Assembly: GCA_964252035.1 (NCBI GenBank)
Contig: OZ176208.1
Origin: Podarcis erhardii
Lineage: Eukaryota
Length of the DNA: 64,000 nucleotides
Direction: 5' to 3' (one strand)
Numbering within the stretch: the stretch's first letter is position 1; every line of letters begins with the position of its first letter. A model generated the notes under the pieces. It had not been told where the DNA came from. It saw nothing but the letters and a program-made list of their open reading frames with translations, and made no database searches. Position numbers and translations under genes: made by a program. Positions 48,850-61,479 of the stretch are shown here, one piece after another.

Positions 48850-50190
48850 TTTTTAAAAAAATATATTTATTAAGGTTTTAGAAAAAGAAAAGGATTACAA
48901 AATAGATGTCGAAAAAATAAGAAAAGATACAAAAGTACAAAGATACAAAAAAGAAGTTAGGAAATACAAAATAGGGGGAAAAAACAATTAAAAACAAATC
49001 CATCTTTTCATAGCTTATACTTCATTTACTTATTTCCCTGACCCCCTCACACCTCCCTTTTCTGTATTCCAATTCACATATTTAGTTCAGCAAATCCTTT
49101 CCCTCTTTGTTTTAATCTTAATCCAATGTCTTAACACATTGTAACTTTATATTTTCATCTGTTATCAATCTATTTTTGCAAATTCATTCTAACCTTATTG
49201 CTAAAACCACTTCGTTTCAATCCAACATCATTTTAACTTTCATTAATTTTACAATATTTCTGCAAATAATCTTTAAATTTCTTCCAGTCTTCTTCCACCA
49301 ACTCTTCTCCCTGGTCTTGGATTCTGCCAGTCATTTCCGCCAATTCCATATAGTCTATTACTTTCATCTGCCATTCTTCCAGGGTGGGTAGATCTTGTGT
49401 CTTCCAGTACTTTGCGATGAGTATTCTTGCTGCTGTTGTGGCGTACATAAAGAAAGTTCTATCCTTTTTTGGCACCAATTGGCCGACCATGCCCAGGAGA
49501 AAGGCCTCTGGTTTCTTCAGGAAGGTATACTTAAATACCTTTTTCATTTCATTATATATCATTTCCCAGAAAGCCTTAATCCTTGGGCACGTCCACCAAA
49601 GGTGAAAGAATGTACCTTCATTTTCTTTACATTTCCAACACTTATTATCGGGGAAATGATATATTTTTGCAAGCTTGACTGGTGTCATGTACCACCTGTA
49701 AATCATTTTCATAATATTCTCTCTTAAAACATGCCGTAAACCTCATACCTGTAGTCCATAACTGTTCCCAGTCAGCAAACATAATGTTATGTCCAACATC
49801 TTGTGCCCATTTAATCATAGCAGATTTATCTTGAGTATTCCATCTCAACAGCAAGTTATACATTCTTGATAATACCTTAGTTTTAGGATCTAACAGTTCT
49901 GTTTCCAATTTTGATTTTCCCACCTGGAAGCCAATTTTTCTGTCCAAATTATAAGCCTCCCTTATTTGATAATAATGAAGCCAATCTCATACTTTGTCTC
50001 TTAATTTCTCAAAGCTCTGCAATTTCAATTTGTCACCTTCCTGTTCCAAAATCTCCCAATACTTCGGCCATTTGGCCTCCATATTAGGCCTTTTCTGAGC
50101 CTTCGCTTCCATAGGTGGCAACCACCTTGGGGTTTTACTTTCAAGTAAGTCTTTATACCTTATCCAGATGTTGAACAATGCTCTTCTAAC
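48850..50190 (-). mobile_element. L1-like LINE 3' fragment (largest in window)
   Basis: ORF 49233-49712 contains the CCHC knuckle KCWKCKENEGTFFHLWWTC; upstream ORFs 49645-49947 and 49987-50178 continue ORF2 with frameshifts or deletions; long A-rich 3' UTR. Confidence 0.9.
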
Positions 50191-52965
50191 AAGGCTTGAG
50201 GCTTAAGGTCTTGTGAACTGCTGAATAAATTGTTACAAGTAGTTTACTATTGCTGCCATAATTTCCAATGGAAGGCATTCCATTTTAGCCTTTGACATTT
50301 TCCGGTGTATCTACCCTGATCCAATGCTTCTGCATATAGAAATATGTCACCCAAACCTTACAGGATATGAAGTAAGAGCTTTGGATGTTTCTCACACAAG
50401 CCCTAACTTCCTATATTGTATCCCTAGGGCGGAAACTCACAAAGCAATAGTTAGTTCCTTCTCTAGTGCATTCATGTGACCAGGATAAGCAAATTTCTCG
50501 CAAAAAAGAATCCACTATTTCATATTTCTTCTTAAAAATGGGAATAGCTTGTACTGAAGTATGAATCTGGTCATAAAACTGTGATTATAAAAAGGGTACC
50601 AGCCCTAATTTACTTTGAATGGGAAGTCTAAATCTAACTTCCGTGGGGGCATCTCAGAAAGACCAGATTTCAAATAGCATTTCTCTGTGCAACTCTGCCC
50701 TGAGAGGCACGTTTTAGACATTTTTTTTAAAAAAAGATTGTTCTGAATTTTAACTGATTTTGTATCTACTACTTTTTGGATTTTTTATGTTGCTATGATA
50801 ATTACTTTTGTTTCTGATGTTTTTGATCTGTTTTATATTTGTTTTTTGGGGGTTCTCTTTTGTAGACTGCCTTGAAAATCTAGATTAATAAAATTATATT
50901 CCCAAAAACAAACAAAAAAACCATTTCTCTAAATAGCCTCTGGCCAATCCACAGTTTGTCTCAAGACAAAAATGTCTCAAAATGATTGCTGTTCAATCTA
51001 ACCTAACATAGGGGTCAAGCTACCTTGACTCACCTCCTTTCTGTTTTCCTTAACACACTGCTCTTTGCTGATAGGCGGTAGGAAAAAGCTACTCTTGGTT
51101 GGATTTAAAAAATCCACAGTTTATGATCTTCTGAAAGTTTTCATTGATACTGAGGTCCACGCACACAGAAAGATACAGATTTTTGGAAGCATTCCATGTT
51201 ATAGCAAACATCCCTGAGTCAACAAAAATTAACCATGCTGCTTTTGAACAACTGATATTCCAACCTTCAAGCGTTCATTTGACGACAAAAGTTCTCTATG
51301 GGTTCTGAACATGCTAAAGTGGTTCTTTGATGTATTTTTATCCCTTAGTTCAACACTTCACCCATTGAAATCTATTTTTCTCCTCCTGGAAGTAAACATA
51401 ACCTTGTTTCCCTGCACTTGGAAAGTCAAGTCTTGTTTTTCTGTGAAGGAATCCTTTTAGAATACTAAAAGAATCAGAGTCACTAAATTCAAATGATAAA
51501 TATAGGACCTTATTTATAAGTTTTTTTCAGATGAACAAACGTTTACAATTTGGCAAATGATTTGTTGGTTGCAAACAGCTTTGGTGACCTTTCATGCACA
51601 CAAAGCAAATACTTGTAGGCTACAGAGAACTACAAACAGAACATATATTATAAGTGGAAGTGGAACAAACCACTTCAGGTTTGTTGTTGGTTTTTTTAGC
51701 TGTTTTAGCTGTAAAATATTAGGCAGCTTTTTTCTTTCTTTCTTTTTGCTGGCCTCTGCTCCGCTCCCCAATCTGCCAACGAAACGTGTGCCCCATTCCC
51801 ACCTCCACCCTTTGATCTACTCCGGATCCCAGAATTTCTGGTTTCATGATCTGGCAGCCGTAGGATCCACCTGGAAACAACAGTTCCACATCCTTAGCAC
51901 AACACCATGTTGTATTTGGGGTGGCGGGGGAGTTTCATAGCAAAGTTTCCAGATTTTGTTGTGTCTGCAGGGACCTTTCGAAGTTCTACTGCTATGTTCT
52001 TCTCGCTGTTTTCAGCAACCTACCTGTAAAAGTTACCCTGACTCAAACCGCTGGAGTTCAAAATGATTGTGGTCAAAGAGCATCACACAGCACAGGATGA
52101 CACCTTTAGAGCCAGCTCTCCAGCTGCTGCCCTTGGAAAAAAAGGCCTCCATCAGCTCTTATAAACTTGCTGAGGTTACCGAATTTTCACTCAACAGGAC
52201 AGGAAACACCCATACCATCCCCTCCTCTTCCTGTGTTCAAATATCTATTCAAAGGCTTTGCTGTGGTTTGGGCAGCACTGGCTATTCTCAGTTTCTCAGG
52301 TTTCTCAGCTCTCCACATCTCCACATCGGTTTGCTTTTTTTAAAAAGTCCTCATGAATATTCCTCAATATTTTAGTGTGTTCTGATTTGGTGTGTAATTT
52401 GCTCTAATATACATGTTTGTCTAAACCAACATATCCTAATACAGTACAGTGGATTTTTGTATGCTGCTTCCTCTTATATATGCATTTCTACACAGAATTT
52501 ACATGTATGCATTCTTGCAGAACTGCACTGCAAAATTCAGAGAAGTGTGAATTTTGAAGGATGCTTGTGCTTCAGTTCTAACACTGTTTTGCAAAATGTA
52601 AAACAGGTGGATTTGCCTTTAAATGAGAACTAAATTCCATCCCCTGCCCCAGTTTTGTATATTGTATTTCAAATTTCACAGGCAATTCAAGTACAAAAGT
52701 CATTCTGATTTTGTGAGTGTGAGAGAATGAGAGTAGCTTGCCAGGTTAAATCCTCATGTAACTTGTATTTGAGCTTTGTTGGGAAACAGAAATGTTCATT
52801 TTGGGGGGGGGGGTTATTCTTAAATATTGATCTACATTTTCTGCTTGGATTTTTGGAACATACAGATATACTTGCTCTAGCCACAATGATACTGTAGATT
52901 GCTTCATAAAGGTAACTTTTAATGCAGCAGCTTTTATCACATTTGAGATGGTCCCAGGTAAATTT

Positions 52966-53322
52966 GGGATGCAGGTGGCACTGTGGGTTAAACCACAGAG
53001 CCTAGGACTTGCCGATCAGAAGGTTGGCGGTTCGAATCCCTGCGATGGGGTGAGCTCCCATTGCTCGGTCCCTGCTCCTGCCAACCTAGCAGTTAGAAAG
53101 CACGTCAAAGTGCAAGTAGATAAATAGGTACCGCTCTGGCGGGAAGGTAAATAGCGTTTCTGTGTGATGCTCTGGTTCGCCAGAAGCAGCTTAGTCATGC
53201 TGGCCACATGACCCGGAAGCTGTACGCTGGCTCCCTTGGTCAATAAAGTGAGATGAGTGCCGCAACCCCAGAGTTGGTCACAACTGGACCTAATGGTCAG
53301 GAGTCCCTTTACCTTTACCTTA
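52966..53322 (+). mobile_element. Sauria SINE, full length
   Basis: 11-bp TSD CAGGTAAATTT (52955-52965 / 53323-53333). Confidence 0.93.
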
Positions 53323-55069
53323 CAGGTAAATTTATCTTAACCTAGCGATACTCTAGAGCTGTTAATCTCTTTAGTAACAGATCTGGATAGATTTCTACCT
53401 TTATCTCAGTATGGAGAAGTTAAATCAAATATTGTTTCTTTAAAAGATTGAAGACAGAATGCAGTACAAAGTCTGCAGTCAATATGTTTGCAATACTTCT
53501 CCCTGGGGTGAACAGTTAATAATGGTGTCCAGGAGAATGGGACTGGTTTTCTAATCAATGTTTTTGGTTTTGAAAAAGTACCCTTCCAACATTTCTTTCA
53601 ATATTAGTTGTTTTCAGTAGCTTCTCGTTAAAGAGGAGGAGGAGAAGGGGAATCCAGGAAACAAAAGTGAAACAGAAATATCTTCAGATAAGCAGAAGGG
53701 TTTAAGACTCCTTTGTCACAGGGTTTCTTTTATGCGTTGTGATATATTTATTAGACCTTGCCTGCTCACTGTGTGAAGGAGCCATTTGAACTGGCGCTCC
53801 CTTTAGGGAAATGAGAAAGAGGAGGGAAAGTCGTGTTTACAGAGAAAATGGTGCTTAATCTCTAGGAGTGACAGGGAAAGATTATGCAAGCTATAGATAA
53901 CTCACCTTATCATAAAAAGTAAACATGCTGAACGTAATGTAAAATAAATACACATTTGTCATTTAAACACTTTCTGCATCAAAGTCCCTTGGAATCCCCA
54001 AAGACAGGCATACAATTTTATACTGCATCCTAATTATTCTAGTCAAGGGGTGTGTGTGTGTGTCACTTACTCAATCAGGTGAATTTGTGTTTTCCTGGAT
54101 GTTTTCCTGGTATTTTCAGTGTGGTTAAAGCAGAACCTTAAAGATCTCAATCTTCAAAATACTTTTGTGGGTGTTTCTACAATGGAGTTGCGCACATGGG
54201 GCTGCCATGTGTAGTAAACTCTCATGCATTGGACAATGTTTGGGTATGTTCTCCATATCCAGAGTTCAGCACATATAAGCTTGATCTGTGGAACTGTTGA
54301 CTATAGTACAGACCCATACTACCATATCTACCTGCATATATATATATATATATATATATATGTTTTTAAACAAATACAAGAACCATGAAACACCTATCCA
54401 CCAGCACATCTAATTGAGTTTGTCCTATTCATTGACATTAGACATAAATTTGCACATTCAACATTCAAACATATTACTTAATGTAACCTCTCCACTGAGA
54501 ATATTGAGTGGTTGGTATAGCAAGGTCTTGATTTGTGTCCTTAACATGGTTCAAGTGTGCTGGCTTGTCCCTATGATTCAGGGGCTGGGAGGGGCTGGCA
54601 CTGTGCGACATGTGTAGCCGTGCATGCACAATGTGCTGATGTCGCGTGATGAGAGCACAATGCATGGCGTGTGCAAATGATGCAAGCATGCTACGTAGTG
54701 CGCACAGAGGGTGCACATGGTCATCACATTTTTTTTGGGGGGGCAGACCCCTCCTTGAATTTTTTTGGGGAGGCATGGCCCCCATCCCCCTAAATAGCGC
54801 CCCTGACGTAGTTAAAGTAAGAGGTCTATGTTTCTTGGAAATTGTCTCTATTTGTTATGGCTTTATTTGCCCTTCTGTGTCTGGTGAGAAGCTCAGACAC
54901 CACTGTATCCCAGATACAATTTTCCCATATGTTCATTTCCACACAACCACCCACTTCTTATAAAGCGCCTACTGGTATTCCTTCCTGCAGACATTAGCAC
55001 ATGAGGAAAGAACACTAATGGTTGTTCCACCGTTATGCAACTCTTCTCCTGGAGATTCATGGGTTCATA

Positions 55070-55419
55070 AAGGTAAAGGGACCCCTGACCATTAGGTCCA
55101 GTCGTGACTGACTCTGGGTTCGTGGCACTCATCTCACTTTATTGGCTGAGGAAGCCAGCGTACAGCTTCTGGGTCATCTGGCCAGCATGACTAAGCCACT
55201 TTTGGCAAACCAGAGCAGCGCATGGAGATGCTGTTTACCTTCCCACCAGAGTGGTACCTATATATCTACTTGCACTTTGATGTACTTTCAAACTGCTAGG
55301 TTGGCAGGAGCTGGGACCAAGCAATGGGAGCTCACCCCGTCGTGGGGATTTGAACCGCCCACCTTCTGATTGGCAAGTCCTAGGCTTTGTGGTTTAACCC
55401 ACAGCGCCACCCACATCCC
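55070..55419 (-). mobile_element. Sauria SINE, full length
   Basis: 13-bp TSD TCATGGGTTCATA (55057-55069 / 55420-55432). Confidence 0.93.
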
Positions 55420-56714
55420 TCATGGGTTCATACCTGACCATATATGCAGTAGCTGTCAGTGGGGAAGGGCAGGTGATACCTATATAAAATGGGTAGCTTT
55501 GAGCACTATGCACCTTGGGTTTAGGGGTTGTTGTTGTTGTTGTTTTGAAGGAGGGGATTTGTAGTTCAACATAAGGCAAAAGAAATAAGGGATGATTCTA
55601 AACATGTGCTAGATTTGCTGAGAGAAGGTCATTTTATTTCCAGGCCACTGAAAACCCTAATTCAACTACTTTCAGTTTCTGGACCTTCCCCCCCCTTTGC
55701 CCCCCTGGCTGCTGACCTTCCTATTTTAATGTGTTTTTTCCCATTTCAACTATGAAGGCTAAATGTCTGCTGTTTCGGGGGGGGGGGTGAAAGTAAAACA
55801 AGGCACAAGATGCTGAAAAAGTCTACCAGATGCTGTGCTATAAAGTGCAAGCGTATGATTTGTGACGTGCCCATAGACCTAGACCTGCAGATTACAGCTA
55901 ATCCACTATCTGGCTGTCTTATCTTAAACCTCTACTTTCTGCTACTGCTCTCCCTCTATGTAAACACAATTAGGGTTTTGCAGATTATATAGTTATAAAT
56001 AAATAAATAGATAAATAAATAAATGGTTTTTTGGTGTGTTTTTTTACTGCAGAGCTGGTGCGCGCTTGACGTAGAGGACATCCTTGGACCATACGCATGT
56101 CTGGCCAACCTAATCATAATGGGCTTCCACCTATCGAGCTGTGCACATTGTACTTGGAAAGCAATAAATCAGTGTCAGTCTTCAAAGAGGGGGTTTATTA
56201 CAATTTCAGGGGATTTGTCATTTGCAGGCTAAGGAGTCGTGAGCATTAGGGTCTGCTGGGTGGCGGGAGACAGGCTTCTTCCACCAGATATGCATCCTCG
56301 CCACAGCTAGCAGGCTGTGTCCGAGCTTTGTCTGGGATCCAGTTCTCACATACAATTGCTTGCATGATAACGGGTTTCCTTCTGCAATAGAGTGGACGCT
56401 GGCCCGACCTGTGTCTCCGCACATGCAAAAGCGTTTGTGTGCAAGAAAGCCCACAATTATAGCTCAGCCGTTGTGTGCCCAGATTGTACACTCATTGAAG
56501 GTTATGAGTATGAGCTTGCAGCTCAATTACGTGTGTGCACAGGCACAAAGACCTCGCACTCACGGAATGTAATGTTGAACAACCTGAGTGGCGCTTGGGA
56601 AAATAAGGCAATGGGTGGAGGAAGTTTCACACAGAGGCATAGCATGGAGTGGGGGCTGCTGGGGCAATGGCCCCGGGAGCATTTTTGGGGAGGGGAGGCG
56701 CTGCTCGTACTGCC

Positions 56715-56942
56715 AGCCCTGTGCAGCCCTGGGAAGCTGGCATCTGACTAGATCCCTCACAAAGTAGTTTGAGGAGGGTAGTGTAAGAAGGATGCCACAT
56801 GCCCTTTGACCCCAACCTTGTCCTCGATGGGCTGGGGTCAAAGGGCACATGGCTGTTGCGTGCTTCTCACGCCACCCTCCACGAGCTGCTTTGCAAGGCT
56901 GGGATCTGATCAGATCCCCGCCTTACAAAGGGGCTCAGGGCT
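56715..56942. repeat. Degenerate GC-rich palindrome, probably the interior of a non-autonomous DNA transposon
   Basis: Central arms atgccctttgacccca / tggggtcaaagggcac and outer arms agccctg...atctgactagatccc / gggatctgatcagat...cagggct. Confidence 0.6.
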
Positions 56943-57285
56943 GGCGTCTCTCCGGTGGCAATGGCAGCACCGAAGGATGGGCTGTGTTTGCCCTCTACAC
57001 CTGGCACCTTGCGCCCCCTCTGGTGCATGTGTGTGTGCCCCAGGCACTATGAAAACTCACTCCGCTGCTGGTTTCACATCTTACACCGGGGTGGAGAACC
57101 TCAATCTGGGGTAGGGGGCTAATTCCTCTCTATCTGGCTCTCAGAAGTCTTCCCCTCTCGGTCCCTGCTTCACAGCTCAAGTGTTTTTACCTAGCTGGAA
57201 TGTGTCCTTGAACTCTGACCCTGACCCTTGCTTCCCTGGATGGAAGACAGAGAGGGGTGTGCAACTGTGTATAGATACTAAAATA

Positions 57286-57640
57286 GGGACGTGGGTGGCG
57301 CTGTGGTCTGAACCACTGAGGCTCTTGGGCTTGCCGATCGGAGGGTTAGTGGTTCGAAACCCCGCAATGGAGTGAGCTCCTGTTGCTCTGTCCTAGCTCC
57401 TGCCAGCCTAGCAGTTTGAAAGCACACCAGTGCAAGTAGATAAATAGGTACCGCTGCGGCGGGAAGGGAAACGGAATTTCCATGGGCTCTGGTTTCCATC
57501 ACAGTGTCCCGTTGCACCAGTAGTGGTTTAGTCATGCTGGCCACATGACTTGGAAAGCTGTCTGCAGAGAAATGCCAGCTCCCTCGGCCTGAAAGCGAGA
57601 TGAGTGCTTAACCCTCCAGGAGTCCTTTACCTTTTTACCT
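57286..57640 (+). mobile_element. Sauria SINE with a 3' internal deletion
   Basis: Head gggacgtgggtggcgctgtgg, core and short ACCTTT tail. Confidence 0.9.
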
Positions 57641-59414
57641 AGAAATTATCCTACTGCAGAAAGGTAAAATGCCCATTTTTTTGCTCCCCCTCTTTCCCCC
57701 CTCTAGTCTCACCCACCACTTGGAAGGCTGTCAAGAAGGGAATGTGGTCTTCTGGGTGGAAAAGGTCTCCCACCTCTGTGCCAAGCCATTTGCATGAGAA
57801 GTTGCTTCGCAGGAAAAGTCTGCCATGTGAGACTGCCTTCTTTACAGTTCAGGTACCTGCCGCATCATTATTCACTTACGTGAACGGACCTTAACTTTAT
57901 TGTCACTTGACCTGCCCAGCTTTCCCTAGCTATGGCACAGACTTCACCTTTTGCCTGAGCCATGTCCTATTGGTGCCAATGTTACTAGTCAGTGTGCCAA
58001 AAATTATTATGCAAATCAAGCGCCAGAGCTCAATTTCACAGGGGCAATGAAAATTTGCACATACGAATGGAGACTGAAATAAAAATGTCCCTGGGTTGAA
58101 AAACAAGACCAGTCTGAAACTGCTGGATTCATTTTTTTATTCCTAAAACGCGAAAACAAACTCATTTTTTTGGCCCAGATATTTAGTTCATTTGCATGGG
58201 AAGGGCACCACGAGCATCAAGCCCAAGGTGAAGGAACCAGAAATCCAATAAATGCCCGCCTGCTGAATAACCAGAGTAGTCCTGCATGGTCATTTTTGTT
58301 GAAATAACAATTTCTGGACATGTGACAGGTACAGGACGTTGTAGTGTTGACAGATCTGAAGCGCAGGTGGCAAGCTTCCCTGCTGAAAAAGCCAACAGGT
58401 CAGGAAACATGTGGATCTAATGGGGAGGAAGTGAAAGGAGGGATTCCCAGCTCATTTTCCTGATGACAGGGCTGTTTAAAAAGAAGGCAAGGGGCATTGG
58501 AAAACGACTTTCACTGATTCGGGACATTACACAGTCATGATGAAACTTTAGTTCATCCATGTCTCGGCAGCGGTGGTCTAACCTCAGTTTTCTTCTGTGG
58601 TTTATTTCTTTCCTCTCCTTTCCTCTAGAAATCCCGCAAGCCACTAATACATGTTAAATTTACAAAGCAAGGGAGTATACTCATGATCATTTAATTGTTA
58701 AAGCATAAGTAATCACTATTAAGTGATCCTATATAATCTTAAGAGTACATAAGCGGCAAGACGCTTGGGGAAATGGCTAAATTTACTTCATACAGTGTAA
58801 TCCTATACATGTTTACTCAGATGTAAGTCGTACTGTATTGAAAGGGGCTTACATTCAGGTCTCTGCATATAGAATTGTAGCCCCAATTGCCCCATAGCAA
58901 ACAAGCTTCTATCACATCCAAAGGTTATTATGTGAAACCCACCTGCTATATTTCCATTTAATAAACCTGTTTATCCATAGCAGTACAGAAATAACATTCC
59001 CCAGACCTTTTTTAGGGCCCATTCCCTTGGGTTGCATAGATTTGTTTCTATTTTTTGCACCATCCATCCTCCAAAGTCAAAATATTTTTGCTGGTTGGAC
59101 CAGGGGAAAAATAATTACATTATCTCCCTTGAATATTATCGCTGCAGGTTGCAAAGCAGCAGTAAAAATATGCATATCTATACTTTAACCTAAGAGCAGC
59201 ACAGATGTAAATCCAGGTGGAAGATATGTCAGCACCCGGATAGCGTATGAATCAAACATGTTTCATGTCCTTTTGCAACACCACTTCTCCCTGTATGAAG
59301 TTATATGGAAGTCCTTTGGAAGCTGAAGCAAGCAAGCCAAAGTCTTCAAGGCAAAGGGGGGGGGGGAAATCCTATTTTCTGGGGTGAGGGGATGACTAGT
59401 ATGACCATGCATTG

Positions 59415-59606
59415 TGCTCTGTCCTAGCTCCTGCCAGCCTAGCAGTTTGAAAGCACACCAGTGCAAGTAGATAAATAGGTACCGCTATGGCGGGAAGGGA
59501 AACGGAATTTCCGTGGGCTCTGGTTTCCATCACAGTGTCCCGTTGCACCAGTAGTGGTTTAGTCATGCTGGCCACATGACTTGGAAAGCTGTCTGCAGAG
59601 AAATGC
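59415..59606 (+). mobile_element. Internal Sauria SINE fragment lacking head and tail
   Basis: 189 of 192 nt identical to 57384-57575; flanked by the 18-bp direct repeat GGATGACTAGTATGACCA. Confidence 0.9.
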
Positions 59607-60456
59607 AGGATGACTAGTATGACCAAAAGCAAATCTCAAAGTCCAAGCAAAACTCAAGCCCTATTGAGTTCCATGGGTTTTACTCCCAAGGAAATGTAAG
59701 ATGCCAGCTTCAGTGGCTTTCACATTCCTCATGCCTCAACAGTTCTGTAACTTCATTAAGTAGGACAGTTATAAGCACAGTACAGAGGAAAGGGAATGGC
59801 TCTACCATTTTTTCTGAGTTCAGAGGGCTAAACAGGAAGCTGTTCATGTTGCCCACAGATGCCAGAAATGATAACGCAGACGGCAAGTTAGGATCTTCTC
59901 TGCCTGGATCTCACTTCTGAACTTGTTGTTTTCAACAATCAAGGAAACAAAAGGCAACTTGTTGTCCTGGGCTCCTGCTGCCTCCTGTCCTGTCCAGACT
60001 CCTTCAACCAGACCCTCCTGCCTGTCTGCACGAGGTGTTTGTGGCAGGTCTGAGGAAGAGAAATCGTGACTGATGCAGAGGAACAGCAGGAGCGGAAGAA
60101 GGGCACTGGGAATGGCTGGGAGGGGTCCGCTCTCCCCTCATTCCCTGCAGAGCCTTCAGAGCAGAGCTTTTGCAAGTTGCGTCTAATGAGATTTGGGCCA
60201 CCAGAGTAGCAGAGATTGAGTTTCCAGTGTTAATGGGAGAGGTGCAGGTCTTTCATTTCTTTTTTTAAACAGACTTAAGTCAAGCTAGAGATCTTGGAAA
60301 TGAGTCTTAAGTAACAAATCTTAACACGCAGGAAGTCACTCCTGATTCCGAGAGCAGGATTAAGATGGTCTCCTCATGCTCAACCAGAGTACAACACTTC
60401 ATGCATTTGATGAGCTGGGCTCTAGTCCACAAAACATTATTTATTATTTTTATTTA

Positions 60457-60698
60457 CAGTGGTACCTCGGGTTACATACGCTTCAGGTTACATACGCTTC
60501 AGGTTACAGACTCCGCTAACCCAGAAATAGTGCTTCAGGTTAAGAACTTTGCTTCAGGATGAGAACAGAAATGGTGCTCTGGCGGCACGGCAGCAGCAGG
60601 AGGTCCCATTAGCTAAAATGGTGCTTCAGGTTAAGAACAGTTTCAGGTTAAGTACGGACCTCTGGAACGAATTAAGTACTTAACCCGAGGTACCACTG
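60457..60698. mobile_element. Tc1/mariner MITE, family A
   Basis: CAGTGGTACCTCGGGTTA inverted ends, TA TSD, internal tandem ttacatacgcttcagg x2. Confidence 0.9.
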
Positions 60699-61479
60699 TA
60701 TTCATTAAAATATTTGTATGCCACAATTTCATTTAAAATATCAAAGCAGGTTACAAGAACCCATACATATATGCAATAAAAAGCAGGCAAAACATTTAAA
60801 CCAGATATCACCCACTGACTAATGTGCCACAATAATTCTGTTGGGCTTCACTAGATGAGGAATGTTTATTTAGCATTCATCCTAATTCTCTTGCATAAAA
60901 TGCGCTGGTTAGACTATGTCCGGTCTATATGGAACATTTGTTTTGATTTGCTTTTAGGGTGTTTATACATCTTCCCATGAATTCATCCCATACTTTTCAG
61001 AATGATTCCCCATCACTTTCTTAACTGCAAACAGTCCCCCTTTTTTTAATGTGCGCTTTGTAGGGTTACCATATTTCAAAAGTGAATATCTGGACACACA
61101 AAAGTTGTTGCAGGTTCCACTTGTAGTCATTCATATATAGAAATATGCTTTTACTGAAACTAGTTTCAGTCTTACTCAGGAAGGTATCAAAACTGCCAGG
61201 GTACAACCTATCAACTGGACTTTGGCCACACAGTTGCTTGAAAACTTTAAAAATAGGTCAGTTTCACACCTCTCTATCCATCACAACGGGGAAGAAGTTT
61301 GCAGAAACATGTGGTTGAACTGCAAGCCAGTAACTTTCGATTTAGTTAGAAAGCAGAACTTTGACACACGTGTAGTCCCAGAGGGAGCTAGAAAAGCGTG
61401 GAAATGAATCTCAGAAGTACACCTCCCAAAAAGGATTTTTATTTTATTTTATTTTTGCCTCTGGGTCTTGCGGCTGAAG

